From Fidelibacterota bacterium (lineage in GTDB: Bacteria > Fidelibacterota > Marinisomatia > Marinisomatales > UBA1611), in contig JABHGY010000108.1 of assembly GCA_018671775.1 (NCBI GenBank), positions 1 to 48,851 on the forward strand: a stretch of 48,851 nucleotides of DNA. The letters are read 5' to 3'. The position numbers and the translations under genes were made by a program. The notes under the pieces are model-generated. The model searched no databases. It saw nothing but the letters and a program-made list of their open reading frames with translations, and was not told the DNA's origin. Positions 1-10,124 of this stretch are shown in pieces. Position 1 is the stretch's first letter, and every line of letters starts with the position of its first letter.

Positions 1-54
1 AAATTTTTAGAAAAACGAAAACGCTTTGCCATCGTTGAAGGGAGTCAGTCATGA
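1..54 (+). CDS. 3' end of upstream gene, probably spore maturation protein A (SpmA), truncated by window edge
   Basis: Open frame KFLEKRKRFAIVEGSQS* whose TGA overlaps the spmB ATG (ATGA at 51-54). Identity is inferred only from the usual spmA-spmB pairing. Confidence 0.5.
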   Translation, partial: KFLEKRKRFAIVEGSQS

Positions 55-599
55 TTGATTCATTTGTAGGAGGCATAAACGAATTCTCAAAATATATTAT
101 CCCCTTTTTATTGGTTGGCATTCCTTTTTATGGCTTAGTTTTCAAAAAAGTTAAAGTTTATGAATCCTTTGTGGAAGGTGCCAAAGACGGCTTTACTATT
201 TCGGTTAGAATCATTCCATATCTTGTAGCAATTTTGGTCGCGATTGGCATGTTTCGTGCTTCAGGTGCTTTAGACTTATTATTGAATGCCCTTTCCCCTG
301 CTTTGACGTTTATTGGTTTTCCACCAGAAAATCTTCCCTTAGCATTGATGCGTCCGCTATCAGGAAGTGGCTCTTTAGGACTATTAACAGATTTGGTGAA
401 TCAACATGGCGCAGATTCACTCATTGCTAAAATCGGTGCCACTATGTTTGGGTCCACCGAAACAACGTTTTATGTGCTGGCTGTATATTTTGGTTCAGTG
501 GGAATTCGTAAAACACGCCACGCCCTTTTGGCTGGATTATTTGCTGATTTGGTTGGCGTTTTAAGTGCAGTTTATATATGTCAATTTTTATTTGCTTAA
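51..599 (+). CDS. spmB: SpmB-family membrane protein (Gate/nucleoside-recognition domain)
   Basis: Motifs VYESFVEGAKDG, LMRPLSGSGS and GSTETTFYVLAVYFGSVG typical of SpmB. Confidence 0.9.
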   Translation: MIDSFVGGINEFSKYIIPFLLVGIPFYGLVFKKVKVYESFVEGAKDGFTISVRIIPYLVAILVAIGMFRASGALDLLLNALSPALTFIGFPPENLPLALMRPLSGSGSLGLLTDLVNQHGADSLIAKIGATMFGSTETTFYVLAVYFGSVGIRKTRHALLAGLFADLVGVLSAVYICQFLFA

Positions 600-627
600 T
601 CTCATTTTAAAATTCAAAACACATCAA

Positions 628-1752
628 GTGAAAACAATAAAACTAATTTTAGCATTATTGCTCATTCTACTATTAACAGATTGTAATTCAAAAAACGGAA
701 TACAAAACCAATTTAAACAGGGAGCCCAAAACATCGAGACACACTATATTTCAGATAAAACTTTAGCCGTGTTTCAGGTCTCTTTAGACAAAAATGCTGG
801 TCAATGGGAACTCAGTGGCGAAACGAACCATCTTATTGCTCATCAAAAAATCATCGGTTTTTCCGATTCCCTTCTTGGCAAGGATGCTTATACCAACTAT
901 TTTTCTGCCCTGCCAGATTCCGCATTGGGGGACAGCACTTATGGAATCATCAATGTGAGCGTTACGCCCATTCGTGAAGAATCTCGACATGCATCTCAAA
1001 TGGTAGATCAAGCCGTTATGGGCTTTTCAGTTCGATTGCTAAAGCGAGTGGACAGCTGGTTCTTGGCGCAAACACATTATGATTATATTGGCTGGATTCA
1101 TCATACCGCAATTCATCGTTGTGACTCTACATTTTCAGTAAATTGGCAATCTGCTGCAATTCATCAAATTCGCGAACTGAATACTCACATTTATTTCAAA
1201 CCCAATATCGAGAGTATGCCTGTGACGGATATGGTTTTGAACAATCGGATTTCCGTGATAAAACTAATGGCTAAATGGTCTAAAGTTATGCTACCCGATG
1301 GACGAGTCGGTTTCGTCTTGAATGAGCAAATTGAGCCATATTCAAATCGTAAATCCAATCAAAACCGTCTAAATCTTTTGCTTGATAAAGCACATCGCAT
1401 GATGGGAACACCTTATCTTTGGGGGGGCAATTCTTCAAAAGGAAATGATTGCTCTGGATTTACGCAAATTGTCTATAAATCTGTGGGCAAGCAGTTGCCA
1501 CGTGACGCACGTCAACAAGCGTTAGAAGGATTAGAAATTATCCCAAATGAAACTTGGTCAAATGTTAAAGCTGGCGATTTACTATTCTTTGGTAATGGCA
1601 AAAAAGTCACCCATGCTGGCATTTCTATTGGAGGAAAAGATTTCATACATCAAGGAGGTAAAGTCGCAATCAATTCTTTAAATCCAGAATCAGATGTTTA
1701 TAGTCCTTATCGGGCAAAATCATTTATGCTCATTAAAAGAATGATTGATTAA
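628..1752 (+). CDS. NlpC/P60 (C40) peptidase with SH3b domains, probable lipoprotein (YkfC/dipeptidyl-peptidase VI-like)
   Basis: GTPYLWGG...DCSGFTQ...LPRDARQQ...THAGI...FIHQ catalytic motifs. GTG start at 628 gives a signal peptide ending LLLTDC. Confidence 0.88.
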   Translation: MKTIKLILALLLILLLTDCNSKNGIQNQFKQGAQNIETHYISDKTLAVFQVSLDKNAGQWELSGETNHLIAHQKIIGFSDSLLGKDAYTNYFSALPDSALGDSTYGIINVSVTPIREESRHASQMVDQAVMGFSVRLLKRVDSWFLAQTHYDYIGWIHHTAIHRCDSTFSVNWQSAAIHQIRELNTHIYFKPNIESMPVTDMVLNNRISVIKLMAKWSKVMLPDGRVGFVLNEQIEPYSNRKSNQNRLNLLLDKAHRMMGTPYLWGGNSSKGNDCSGFTQIVYKSVGKQLPRDARQQALEGLEIIPNETWSNVKAGDLLFFGNGKKVTHAGISIGGKDFIHQGGKVAINSLNPESDVYSPYRAKSFMLIKRMID

Positions 1753-1808
1753 TAGAATCCCTTTGAAAAACAAGAACCAAATCTTGTTCTATGTTCTGAC
1801 ATTACAAT

Positions 1809-1847
1809 AAAATAAAAAAGCCCCGCATTGCGAGGCTTTTTTATTTT
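1809..1847. terminator. Bidirectional rho-independent terminator
   Basis: AAAATAAAAAAGCC-CCGC-ATT-GCGA-GGCTTTTTTATTTT hairpin with A and T tracts between convergent genes. Confidence 0.85.
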
Positions 1848-1865
1848 GGAAACTGTGTAAAAGAA

Positions 1866-2102
1866 TTAAATCTTTTGACCTTGGGCACGCAGTTCATTTA
1901 TCACGCGTGTAATTCCTTTTTTATCGATAACACGCATCCCCCGAGTTGAAACCCGAAGGGTAATAAATCGATTCTCCTCTGGTAACCAGAATTTTTTTCT
2001 CTGGAGATTGACATTAAATCTTCTCCGAGTCTTGTTGTGAGCGTGACTCACGTTATTCCCAAACATGGGTTTTTTACCTGTTACTTGACAAACTCTACTC
2101 AT
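1866..2102 (-). CDS. rpmB: 50S ribosomal protein L28
   Basis: [29 protein letters not shown]. True start is the internal ATG at 2102. Confidence 0.97.
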   Translation of the reverse strand: MSRVCQVTGKKPMFGNNVSHAHNKTRRRFNVNLQRKKFWLPEENRFITLRVSTRGMRVIDKKGITRVINELRAQGQKI

Positions 2103-2219
2103 AATATCTCTGTTTTCGTTGTTATTTACTTGAAAAAATGCTGGAGAATTTACACGAATTGAGCCATTACACAAATTATTTAAGTTCATTCATTCAAGTA
2201 ATTTTTTTACGCTCAAATA

Positions 2220-2690
2220 ATGATAAATTTCAATATGATTATTCGCAAAGGAAATTTTCAAGATAAGAAATTTATCATCGCCTCCAATCAAGCCATGGCA
2301 ATTGAAACTGAACAAAAAGTATTGCAAGAAGATGCCATTCGTTCTGGTGTAGAAGCGGTACTCAATGACGATTCAAAAGGGACTTATTTCATTGTCGAAA
2401 ATAACAAAGGGCAAAATTGTGGGCAATTAATGATCACAAAAGAGTGGTCGGATTGGAGAAATGGCACCTTTTGGTGGATTCAATCTGTTTACATCAAACC
2501 CCAATTTAGGCGACAAGGCCTTTATCGTCATTTACATGAAGAAGCAAAACGGCTGGCTAAACTAGATGGAAATGTGTGCGGTATTCGTCTTTATGTAGAA
2601 TCAGAGAATTATGCCGCAAAAAAAGTTTATGCGCATATGGGAATGAACGAAACAAACTATCAATTTTTTGAAGAAGATTGGTCACAGTGA
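2220..2690 (+). CDS. GNAT family N-acetyltransferase
   Basis: EWSDWRNG, WWIQSVY, acetyl-CoA motif FRRQGLY, RLYVESEN. Start may be 2235. Confidence 0.88.
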   Translation: MINFNMIIRKGNFQDKKFIIASNQAMAIETEQKVLQEDAIRSGVEAVLNDDSKGTYFIVENNKGQNCGQLMITKEWSDWRNGTFWWIQSVYIKPQFRRQGLYRHLHEEAKRLAKLDGNVCGIRLYVESENYAAKKVYAHMGMNETNYQFFEEDWSQ

Positions 2691-3685
2691 AGATTGGTCA
2701 CGTCAAAATTAAAACGCCTATATTTTTGGCGCCAATGGCTGGATATACAGACTACCCATTCCGTATTCTTTGTAAACAAATGGGTGCTGGCGTGGTGTAT
2801 TCCGAGTTTGTTTCTTCTGACGGAATTATTCGTGAAAATGCAAAATCTTTAGATCTTATTCGCTTTTCTGAAAAAGAACGTCCCATTGGCATTCAAATAT
2901 TTGGCGATGACCCAGATGTGATGGCCATGGCAGCCCGTACCATTGTGGATCAATTTGCACCCGATATTCTTGATATCAATTATGGATGCCCTGTCCCAAA
3001 AGTCACAAAAAAAGGAGCAGGATCCGCTGCCTTAAAAGATCTTTGTCTCATGGAAGAAATCACCTCAGCCGTTGTAGAATCTGTTCCCGAAGTTCCTGTT
3101 ACGGTAAAAATGCGTTCTGGTTGGGATAAAAATTCTATTGTCGTTCCAGAAGTAGGTCCGCGATTAGAAAAAATTGGCGTAAAGGCCATTGCGCTCCATC
3201 CTCGAACGACTTCTATGCGATACAACGGACAATCAAACTGGGCGCTCATTCGGCAACTCAAAGAATCCGTTTCAATTCCTGTGATTGGAAATGGCGACAT
3301 CAAAACTTCCGATGATATGATGCGTATGTTCGATGAGACTAATTGCGATGCGGTGATGATTGGCCGAGCGGCCCATGGGAATCCTTGGTTTTTTCGTGAA
3401 GCCAAAGCGCAACTGAATGGAGAAACCGTACCGAGTCGCCCTTCCCTTTTGGAAATTGCAGAAATGTGCGAACGGCATTTAGATTTAATCATAAAATATC
3501 ACGGGCCTTCCATTGGATCAAAACTCATACGAAAACATTTTTCCAGTTATGTAAAACGATTTCCCGGTGCGTCAAAAATTAGGTATAATCTTGTTACCGC
3601 TCCCGGCCTTGAAGAAATGAGAGATGAATTAGCGCGATTCAAAACAAGGGCCGAAGCAGTGGATGAAGTATCACTCATTTCTTAA
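2678..3685 (+). CDS. dusB: tRNA-dihydrouridine synthase DusB
   Basis: LAPMAGYTD, DINYGCP, VTVKMRSGW, VIGNGDI, VMIGRAAHGNPW. Confidence 0.93.
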   Translation: MVTVKIGHVKIKTPIFLAPMAGYTDYPFRILCKQMGAGVVYSEFVSSDGIIRENAKSLDLIRFSEKERPIGIQIFGDDPDVMAMAARTIVDQFAPDILDINYGCPVPKVTKKGAGSAALKDLCLMEEITSAVVESVPEVPVTVKMRSGWDKNSIVVPEVGPRLEKIGVKAIALHPRTTSMRYNGQSNWALIRQLKESVSIPVIGNGDIKTSDDMMRMFDETNCDAVMIGRAAHGNPWFFREAKAQLNGETVPSRPSLLEIAEMCERHLDLIIKYHGPSIGSKLIRKHFSSYVKRFPGASKIRYNLVTAPGLEEMRDELARFKTRAEAVDEVSLIS

Positions 3686-3774
3686 ACTCAATTCCTTGAA
3701 TCCAAGCTCATTCTCTGTAACTTATCGGGCTTTTTTATGAGCTTATTTTTAGACTTAATCATTAAAGGTTCCAA

Positions 3775-5409
3775 ATGCAAAATGCAAAAGTAGTTGTCCC
3801 AAAAGCCGTAAATGAACCCATTTATTCTTATGCGCCAGGCACACCTGAACGAGATGCACTCAAAAAACGTATTACTGAGCTCAAAGCAACAGAAATTGAA
3901 GTTCCCGTTATCATTAACGGCGAATCTATTTTTACTGGAAATACGGTTGAAATGCGAATCCCTCATGACCATCAGCACGTTTTGGGTATTTATCATCAAG
4001 CCGGTGAAAAAGAAATAAAACTCGCTATCGAATCCGCCATGGATGCTTGGCAAGATTGGTCAACGCTCCCTTGGGAATCGCGCGTGGCATTATTCAAACG
4101 AATGGCTTCAATTTTACAGAGAACGCACGAACAAACCATCAATGCATCCACCATGCTTGGGCAAAGTAAAAATGCCTTTCAGGCTGAGATTGATGCTTCC
4201 TGTGAATTCATTGATTTCCTCAATTTTAATGCTTCATTTGCACAAGAAATTTACGAGCAACAACCACCCTACTCTCCTGATGGCATTTGGAATATGGTAG
4301 AAAATCGTCCTCTGGAAGGATTCGTTTTCGCTGTAACGCCATTCAATTTTACGTCGATTGCAGGAAACCTTCCCACCGCGCCCGCTTTGATGGGAAATGT
4401 CGCTTTATGGAAACCAGCCTCCTCTTCTGTCTATAGTGGGTATTTCTTGATGAAATTATTTGAAGAAGCTGGATTACCAAAAGGTGTCATCAATTTTATC
4501 CCCGGATCAGGACGCGAAGTAGGTCCACGTGTTTTAGAAAGTCCTCATTTAGCTGGCATTCATTTTACAGGATCGACAGCTGTATTTCAATCTATGTGGA
4601 AAACCATTGGTAATAATATCGCAAAATATAAAACTTATCCACGTATCGTTGGCGAAACGGGCGGAAAAGACTTTTGTATCGCTCACGAATCTGCTAATGT
4701 GGATGCGTTAGTGACAGCAATGGTTCGAGGGGCATTTGAATATCAAGGACAAAAATGCTCTGCCATGTCTCGCGCCTATATTCCCAAATCGATTTGGCCT
4801 GAAGTCAAAGAAAAATATGAAAAAATGGTCGCTACCATTTCAGTGGGAGATCCAGAAGATTTTTCACACTTTATGAATGCGGTGATTGATAAATCTGCTT
4901 TCGATTCTATTACCGCTTATATCGATTTCGCAAAAGAGTCATCGGATGCGGAGATTCTCACTGGCGGAAACTATGATGATTCAAAAGGCTATTTCATTGA
5001 ACCCACAACCATTCTTACAAGTGATCCTCATTTCAAAACCATGGAAGAGGAAATTTTTGGTCCTGTTCTCACTATTTATATTTATGATCCCAAAGATTGG
5101 GAAGAGACATTGGGCTTGGTGGATAGCACATCTCCCTATGCTTTGACCGGTTGCATTCACAGCAGAGATCGAGAAAAAATCGTTGAAGCGAGTAAAGCCT
5201 TAACTCATTCTGCGGGGAATTTTTACATCAATGATAAACCAACAGGCGCAGTAGTGGGGCAACAACCTTTTGGCGGTTCTCGTGCTTCTGGCACCAACGA
5301 CAAAGCGGGCTCTATGATGAATTTGCTCCGTTGGGTTTCTCAAAGAACCATCAAAGAAACATTCGATCCACCCAAAGATTATCCGTATCCATTTATGGAC
5401 AAAGAATAA
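3775..5409 (+). CDS. pruA: L-glutamate gamma-semialdehyde (P5C) dehydrogenase
   Basis: ALDH motifs TPFNFTSIAGNL, HFTGST, GETGGKDF, FEYQGQKCSA, EEIFGP, GGSRASGTNDKAG. Confidence 0.95.
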   Translation: MQNAKVVVPKAVNEPIYSYAPGTPERDALKKRITELKATEIEVPVIINGESIFTGNTVEMRIPHDHQHVLGIYHQAGEKEIKLAIESAMDAWQDWSTLPWESRVALFKRMASILQRTHEQTINASTMLGQSKNAFQAEIDASCEFIDFLNFNASFAQEIYEQQPPYSPDGIWNMVENRPLEGFVFAVTPFNFTSIAGNLPTAPALMGNVALWKPASSSVYSGYFLMKLFEEAGLPKGVINFIPGSGREVGPRVLESPHLAGIHFTGSTAVFQSMWKTIGNNIAKYKTYPRIVGETGGKDFCIAHESANVDALVTAMVRGAFEYQGQKCSAMSRAYIPKSIWPEVKEKYEKMVATISVGDPEDFSHFMNAVIDKSAFDSITAYIDFAKESSDAEILTGGNYDDSKGYFIEPTTILTSDPHFKTMEEEIFGPVLTIYIYDPKDWEETLGLVDSTSPYALTGCIHSRDREKIVEASKALTHSAGNFYINDKPTGAVVGQQPFGGSRASGTNDKAGSMMNLLRWVSQRTIKETFDPPKDYPYPFMDKE

Positions 5410-5436
5410 AATTTTAACTGACAAAAAGGAATCATA

Positions 5437-6615
5437 ATGAAAGTGCATGAATATCAAGGAAAGCAGATTTTTGCCAAGGCGGGAATGCCCGTGCAAGATG
5501 GCTATATTTTTGAAGACATTCAGAATGCTGAATCTACTATTAAGAAAGTTCAGGCAGATTTTGCCACAGAAGATGTGGTTGTAAAAGCGCAAATTCACGC
5601 AGGTGGACGAGGAAAAGGAGGCGGTGTAAAGTATTCGCCCAATTTTGATTCTGCTTTAGAACATGCGAACAATATTTTTGGAATGACTTTAAAAACACAC
5701 CAAACGGGTGAAAAAGGCCAGAAAGTCCGGAAAGTGTATGTAACCGAAGCGTTCGATATCGCAAAAGAATATTATGCGGCGATTACTTTGGATCGAAATA
5801 AAGGTATGGATGTCTTTATGATTTCCACAGAAGGGGGTATGGAAATTGAAAAAGTCGCATCTGAGACGCCTGAGAAAATTATCAAAGTTTGGATTGATCC
5901 TTTATTGGGTATGAAATCCTTTCAAGCTCGAAAACTAGCCTATGGATTGGAACTCGAAGGCGATGCGTTTAAATCTGCTAGTAAAATCTTTATGCAAATG
6001 TATCAAGTTTATCAAAACACAGACGCAACGATTGTGGAAGTGAATCCATTGGTTTTAACCGATGATGGGAAGATAATTATTTTAGATGCAAAATTCAATT
6101 TTGATGATAGTGCATTATTTCGCCATCCTGATATTGCAGAAATGCGAGATTTACACGAAGAAGATCCCATGGAAGTGGAAGCGGGGAAATTTAATTTGAA
6201 TTACATTAAATTAGATGGAAATGTAGGTTGTATGGTCAATGGTGCGGGTTTGGCGATGGCGACGATGGATATCATCAAATTGGCTGGTGGAGATCCTGCA
6301 AATTTTTTAGATGTAGGCGGAACCGCCAGTGCAGAAACAGTGAAAAATGGCTTCAGAATTATCTTAACCGACGAAAATGTTAAAGCCATTTTGATTAATA
6401 TCTTTGGTGGCATTGTTCGTTGTGATCGAGTGGCAAATGGTGTGGTGCAAGCCGTTAAAGAGATGGGATTAAAAGTGCCCGTCGTTGTAAGGCTGGAAGG
6501 GACAAATGCCAAAGAAGCGCAAATCATTTTAGCCGAATCGGGCGTAGATATTATCCCCGCTGTTGGCATGAAAGATGCTGCGGGAAAAGTCGTGAAAGCT
6601 GCGTTAAGCGCATAG
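5437..6615 (+). CDS. sucC: Succinyl-CoA ligase (ADP-forming) beta subunit
   Basis: [45 protein letters not shown]. Confidence 0.97.
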   Translation: MKVHEYQGKQIFAKAGMPVQDGYIFEDIQNAESTIKKVQADFATEDVVVKAQIHAGGRGKGGGVKYSPNFDSALEHANNIFGMTLKTHQTGEKGQKVRKVYVTEAFDIAKEYYAAITLDRNKGMDVFMISTEGGMEIEKVASETPEKIIKVWIDPLLGMKSFQARKLAYGLELEGDAFKSASKIFMQMYQVYQNTDATIVEVNPLVLTDDGKIIILDAKFNFDDSALFRHPDIAEMRDLHEEDPMEVEAGKFNLNYIKLDGNVGCMVNGAGLAMATMDIIKLAGGDPANFLDVGGTASAETVKNGFRIILTDENVKAILINIFGGIVRCDRVANGVVQAVKEMGLKVPVVVRLEGTNAKEAQIILAESGVDIIPAVGMKDAAGKVVKAALSA

Positions 6616-6626
6616 GAGAAATCAAA

Positions 6627-7508
6627 ATGTCAATCTTAGTCAATAAAAACTCAAAAATTGTTATTCAAGGCATTACCGGTTCAGAAGGTCAATTCCATGG
6701 TGGGCAAATGCTAGATTATGGAAGCAATATTGTAGCAGGTGTTACACCCGGAAAGGGTGGACAAAAAACATTCAACGACCGCGTTCCCGTTTTTAATACC
6801 ATGGATGAAGCAGTAGAAAAAACAGGTGCGGACACCTCCATTATTTTCGTTCCTCCACCCTTTGCCGCCGAAGCCATTATGGAAGCCAGCTTTGCTGGAA
6901 TCAAAGTTGTGGTGTGTATTACGGAAGGCGTTCCAGTCCATGATATGGTGAAAGTCAAAAGAATTGTAGATCAAAACGGCACCAGATTGGTCGGCCCCAA
7001 TTGTCCCGGCATTATTACGGTAGATGAATGTAAACTGGGAATTATGCCTGGATTCATTTGCAAAAAAGGAAATATCGGCGTCATCTCAAAATCAGGGACT
7101 TTAACGTACGAAGCCATCGACCAACTGGTGAATGCTGGTTTGGGGCAAACTACCGCCATTGGGATTGGTGGAGATCCCATCATTGGTACAACCATGAAAG
7201 ATTGCCTACAATTATTCCAAGCCGACCCTGAAACAAAAGGGATTGTTATTATTGGAGAAATTGGGGGACAAATGGAAATTGAAGCGGCACGTTGGGCAAA
7301 AGAAAATATTACAAAGCCTATGGTCGGATTTATTGCAGGGCAAACCGCACCTCCTGGCCGGAGAATGGGACATGCAGGCGCCATTGTATCAGGTGGCGAC
7401 GATACGGCAGAAGCCAAAATGCGGATTTTGAAAGAGAGCGGCATCCAAGTCGCAGAATCTGTTGCCGATATTGGAGCGCTTATGAAAACCGCTATGGAAC
7501 AAAATTAA
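6627..7508 (+). CDS. sucD: Succinyl-CoA ligase alpha subunit
   Basis: QGITG, GPNCPG, SGTLTYE, phospho-His motif RMGHAGAI. Confidence 0.97.
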   Translation: MSILVNKNSKIVIQGITGSEGQFHGGQMLDYGSNIVAGVTPGKGGQKTFNDRVPVFNTMDEAVEKTGADTSIIFVPPPFAAEAIMEASFAGIKVVVCITEGVPVHDMVKVKRIVDQNGTRLVGPNCPGIITVDECKLGIMPGFICKKGNIGVISKSGTLTYEAIDQLVNAGLGQTTAIGIGGDPIIGTTMKDCLQLFQADPETKGIVIIGEIGGQMEIEAARWAKENITKPMVGFIAGQTAPPGRRMGHAGAIVSGGDDTAEAKMRILKESGIQVAESVADIGALMKTAMEQN

Positions 7509-7542
7509 TAGTTATCAACAAACGAATAAAAAGGAATAAATT

Positions 7543-7968
7543 ATGGGAAATAAAACATTCGCAATCATTAAACCAGACGCCGTTAAAAATGGCCATACTG
7601 GAAAAATTTATGATCGCGTTCTTACGGCTGGATTTAAAATCCTATCCGCTAAACTGATGAAAATGACACTGGCGCAAGCCGAAGGTTTTTATGCCGTTCA
7701 TAAAGAACGACCTTTTTTCGGCGAACTAACTACTTTTATGTCCTCTGGTGCTTGTATGGTTTTGGCCTTAGAAAAAGAAAATGCGGTTGCAGGATGGAGA
7801 AAAACCATTGGGGCAACAAACCCCGAAGAAGCGGATGAAGGCACCATTAGAAAAGATTTCGCCACCAGTCTTGGTGAAAATGCAGTTCATGGATCTGATA
7901 GTGATGAAAATGCTGAAAAAGAGATTGGATTTTTCTTCACAGAGAGTGAACTTATCAGTAATCAATAG
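7543..7968 (+). CDS. ndk: Nucleoside diphosphate kinase
   Basis: TFAIIKPDAV, FYAVHKERPFF, NAVHGSDS. Confidence 0.97.
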   Translation: MGNKTFAIIKPDAVKNGHTGKIYDRVLTAGFKILSAKLMKMTLAQAEGFYAVHKERPFFGELTTFMSSGACMVLALEKENAVAGWRKTIGATNPEEADEGTIRKDFATSLGENAVHGSDSDENAEKEIGFFFTESELISNQ

Positions 7969-7978
7969 AATCAATCTT

Positions 7979-8839
7979 ATGCATAAATACATCAAAACAG
8001 TCTTTATCTTATCTTTTATCCTTTTCTTTGCTTGCGGAAATAAAGGCATTGAAGGGTTCGTTGGAGAAGGAATCACCATCACAGCTGAAAGCCCCGAAGA
8101 AGAAGGGAAGAAATTTGATTATGACTGGCGAATGATATCCGTCCCTGACGGCAGTTTATTAACTGAAATGGATCTCGTTTTGGGCAAGCATTCTAAGAAA
8201 ATGACATTTACGCCTGATTATCCGGGAGATTACCAATTTGAGGTGATTGCCTCAAAATATGGCGATGAAATATCAAACCAATCTTATTCCTTCTCTATCA
8301 TTGATGATGGAAGGAGTCAAGCCTCAATTGAATCTCCTCAAGAAGATGAGGAAGAAGTGCTCGTGACCGAAGAGAATGATTCTGAAGAAGATGATGAACT
8401 TTCTTGGCTGGATGCGACCATTGAAGATGATGGTGATGATGAAGAGGAAGAAGAAACTGAAATTGAGGAAGAAATTGAAGTGGAGAAGGAAGAAATACCT
8501 GTTTCCAAGCCTGCACCAAAACTGGTAAAAAAAGTCCGCAAAAAAGCCAAGCCAAAAACAAAAATTGTTACGTCTATCCCTGCAGATAAAACGCGATTCA
8601 CCATTCAAGTGGTATCTAAAAGCTCTTTGAAAGCTGCGCAAAAAACGGAAGCTGAGTTGATTATAGCTGGCTATGATGCCTATATTCAGAAAGCCGTCTT
8701 TACAGAAAAAAATGAAACTTGGTATCGTGTTAGAATTGGTAGTTACAATAACCGGAAATCTGCAAATGCTGTCTCAAAAGCTGTGTCTAAAAATTTAGGA
8801 CTTGAGACTTGGGTAGATTTTGTAAGATTTGATCAATAA
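7979..8839 (+). CDS. SPOR-domain lipoprotein with N-terminal PKD/Ig-like domain and acidic linker
   Basis: ATG 7979, lipobox LFFAC, FTPDYPGDYQFEV Ig-like segment, C-terminal FTIQV...WYRVRIGSY SPOR motif. Confidence 0.8.
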   Translation: MHKYIKTVFILSFILFFACGNKGIEGFVGEGITITAESPEEEGKKFDYDWRMISVPDGSLLTEMDLVLGKHSKKMTFTPDYPGDYQFEVIASKYGDEISNQSYSFSIIDDGRSQASIESPQEDEEEVLVTEENDSEEDDELSWLDATIEDDGDDEEEEETEIEEEIEVEKEEIPVSKPAPKLVKKVRKKAKPKTKIVTSIPADKTRFTIQVVSKSSLKAAQKTEAELIIAGYDAYIQKAVFTEKNETWYRVRIGSYNNRKSANAVSKAVSKNLGLETWVDFVRFDQ

Positions 8840-8857
8840 TGAAAATGGAGATTTAAA

Positions 8858-10066
8858 ATGGAACCTATAAAACTATATTTTGATTTTAGAGATATTTTTC
8901 GTGCGCCGCGTTTGGCATTAAGTGGAAAAAAAATCTGGTTATTCCTCTTGGGAAACCTTGCTGGTTTTCTTCTTTATTGGATATTTTCCTATTCGGCATT
9001 AGCCCTTTCTGGCATCGCCTTTAATGACGCAATACAATCTTATGGACTCTACCCCTGTTTGTTTGGCGTGGATGCTCCTTGGTTTGCTTGGGGTGTTTAC
9101 TTCTTTGGATCTTTTGGCTGGATTGCATTCATCCATCTTTCTTGCGCGGCTGTTTCTCGTGTGACGTTTAAACAATTGAAAGGAGATAACTTTTTCTCCG
9201 CAAGTGATGCTTGGGATTATGTTAAAAAACATTGGCATCCCGTCATTTTCACTTCCATTGCGCTTATTTTAATTCTCATATTTTTTCTGATTTTTGCAGG
9301 CATATTCGCATTTTTTGGCAAAATTCCTTTCGTGGGTGAATATTTATTTGCACTTCCATATCTCTTCTATTTGATGGGAGCCGTCTTTACGATTTATACT
9401 GTATTCGTATTAATGGTTTCCTGTGTCTATACACCAGCGATTGTGGGCGCTTATGAAGAAGATACCATGGGAACCGTTTTTCAATCTTATTCTATTGCAT
9501 GGTCACAACCGTGGCGCGTCATTCTTTACAATGCGCTACTGTTTCCCCTTGCTGTCTTTTCTGTGAGAATTTTTTCCTGGTTTCTTTTTGCTGGTTTTCA
9601 GCTCATCAACCATGTCTTTAGTATGGATTTTTTAATGGGCTCAAAAGCATCATCTATCGTTGGAAATGCCCTAAGCTATATTTCACCACGTGGCATATGC
9701 AATTCAATTTGCACGCCATTTGACTCGGCTTGCGGAACGCCTTGCTGTTTTTATACATTGCCAGAAGCTGGCGCGTTAACGGGATCCGAAACTGGCGCTG
9801 CAATGATTCTCGCTTTATTCTTTCTCATATTAATTTTCGTCATCATTTCCTATGGATTATCCATACTATCAGTGGGCGAAACATTGATGTTTATCATCTT
9901 TAAGAAAAAAACAGATGATGACAATGTGCTCGAAAGACAAGATGAAGACGAATTGGACGAGGAAGAAAATGATGATTCTTTTATGGAGACCTTAAGCGAA
10001 GAAAACGCTGATGATGAAGCTTCTCCAGAAAAAGATCAAGATTCAACGGATAGCGAGGAAAAATAA
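8858..10066 (+). CDS. Polytopic membrane protein of unknown function
   Basis: RBS GGAG, several hydrophobic segments, Cys cluster, acidic C-terminal tail. Confidence 0.75.
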   Translation: MEPIKLYFDFRDIFRAPRLALSGKKIWLFLLGNLAGFLLYWIFSYSALALSGIAFNDAIQSYGLYPCLFGVDAPWFAWGVYFFGSFGWIAFIHLSCAAVSRVTFKQLKGDNFFSASDAWDYVKKHWHPVIFTSIALILILIFFLIFAGIFAFFGKIPFVGEYLFALPYLFYLMGAVFTIYTVFVLMVSCVYTPAIVGAYEEDTMGTVFQSYSIAWSQPWRVILYNALLFPLAVFSVRIFSWFLFAGFQLINHVFSMDFLMGSKASSIVGNALSYISPRGICNSICTPFDSACGTPCCFYTLPEAGALTGSETGAAMILALFFLILIFVIISYGLSILSVGETLMFIIFKKKTDDDNVLERQDEDELDEEENDDSFMETLSEENADDEASPEKDQDSTDSEEK

Positions 10067-10124
10067 AATACAAGCATATCGCTTGTAAAACAGCTTTTTA
10101 ATTCAGTAGTTTCCCCAGCTTAAT

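Noticed and set aside
51-599. Sporulation capacity implied by spmB
   Set aside because: SpmAB homologues occur in non-sporulating bacteria and no other sporulation gene is present
2103-2189. N-terminal extension of L28
   Set aside because: The conserved L28 sequence starts at MSRVC (2102)
2980-3492. 170-aa antisense ORF, and similar shadow ORFs over sucCD, fab genes, pyrG, hflK and cca
   Set aside because: Antisense or alternate-frame shadows of conserved genes with no independent motifs
7781-7978. N-terminal extension of the SPOR ORF
   Set aside because: Overlaps ndk in another frame; ATG 7979 gives a clean lipoprotein signal
8298-8641. Poly-His, poly-Ser and poly-Phe antisense ORFs
   Set aside because: Artefacts of the GAA/GAT-rich acidic linker on the plus strand
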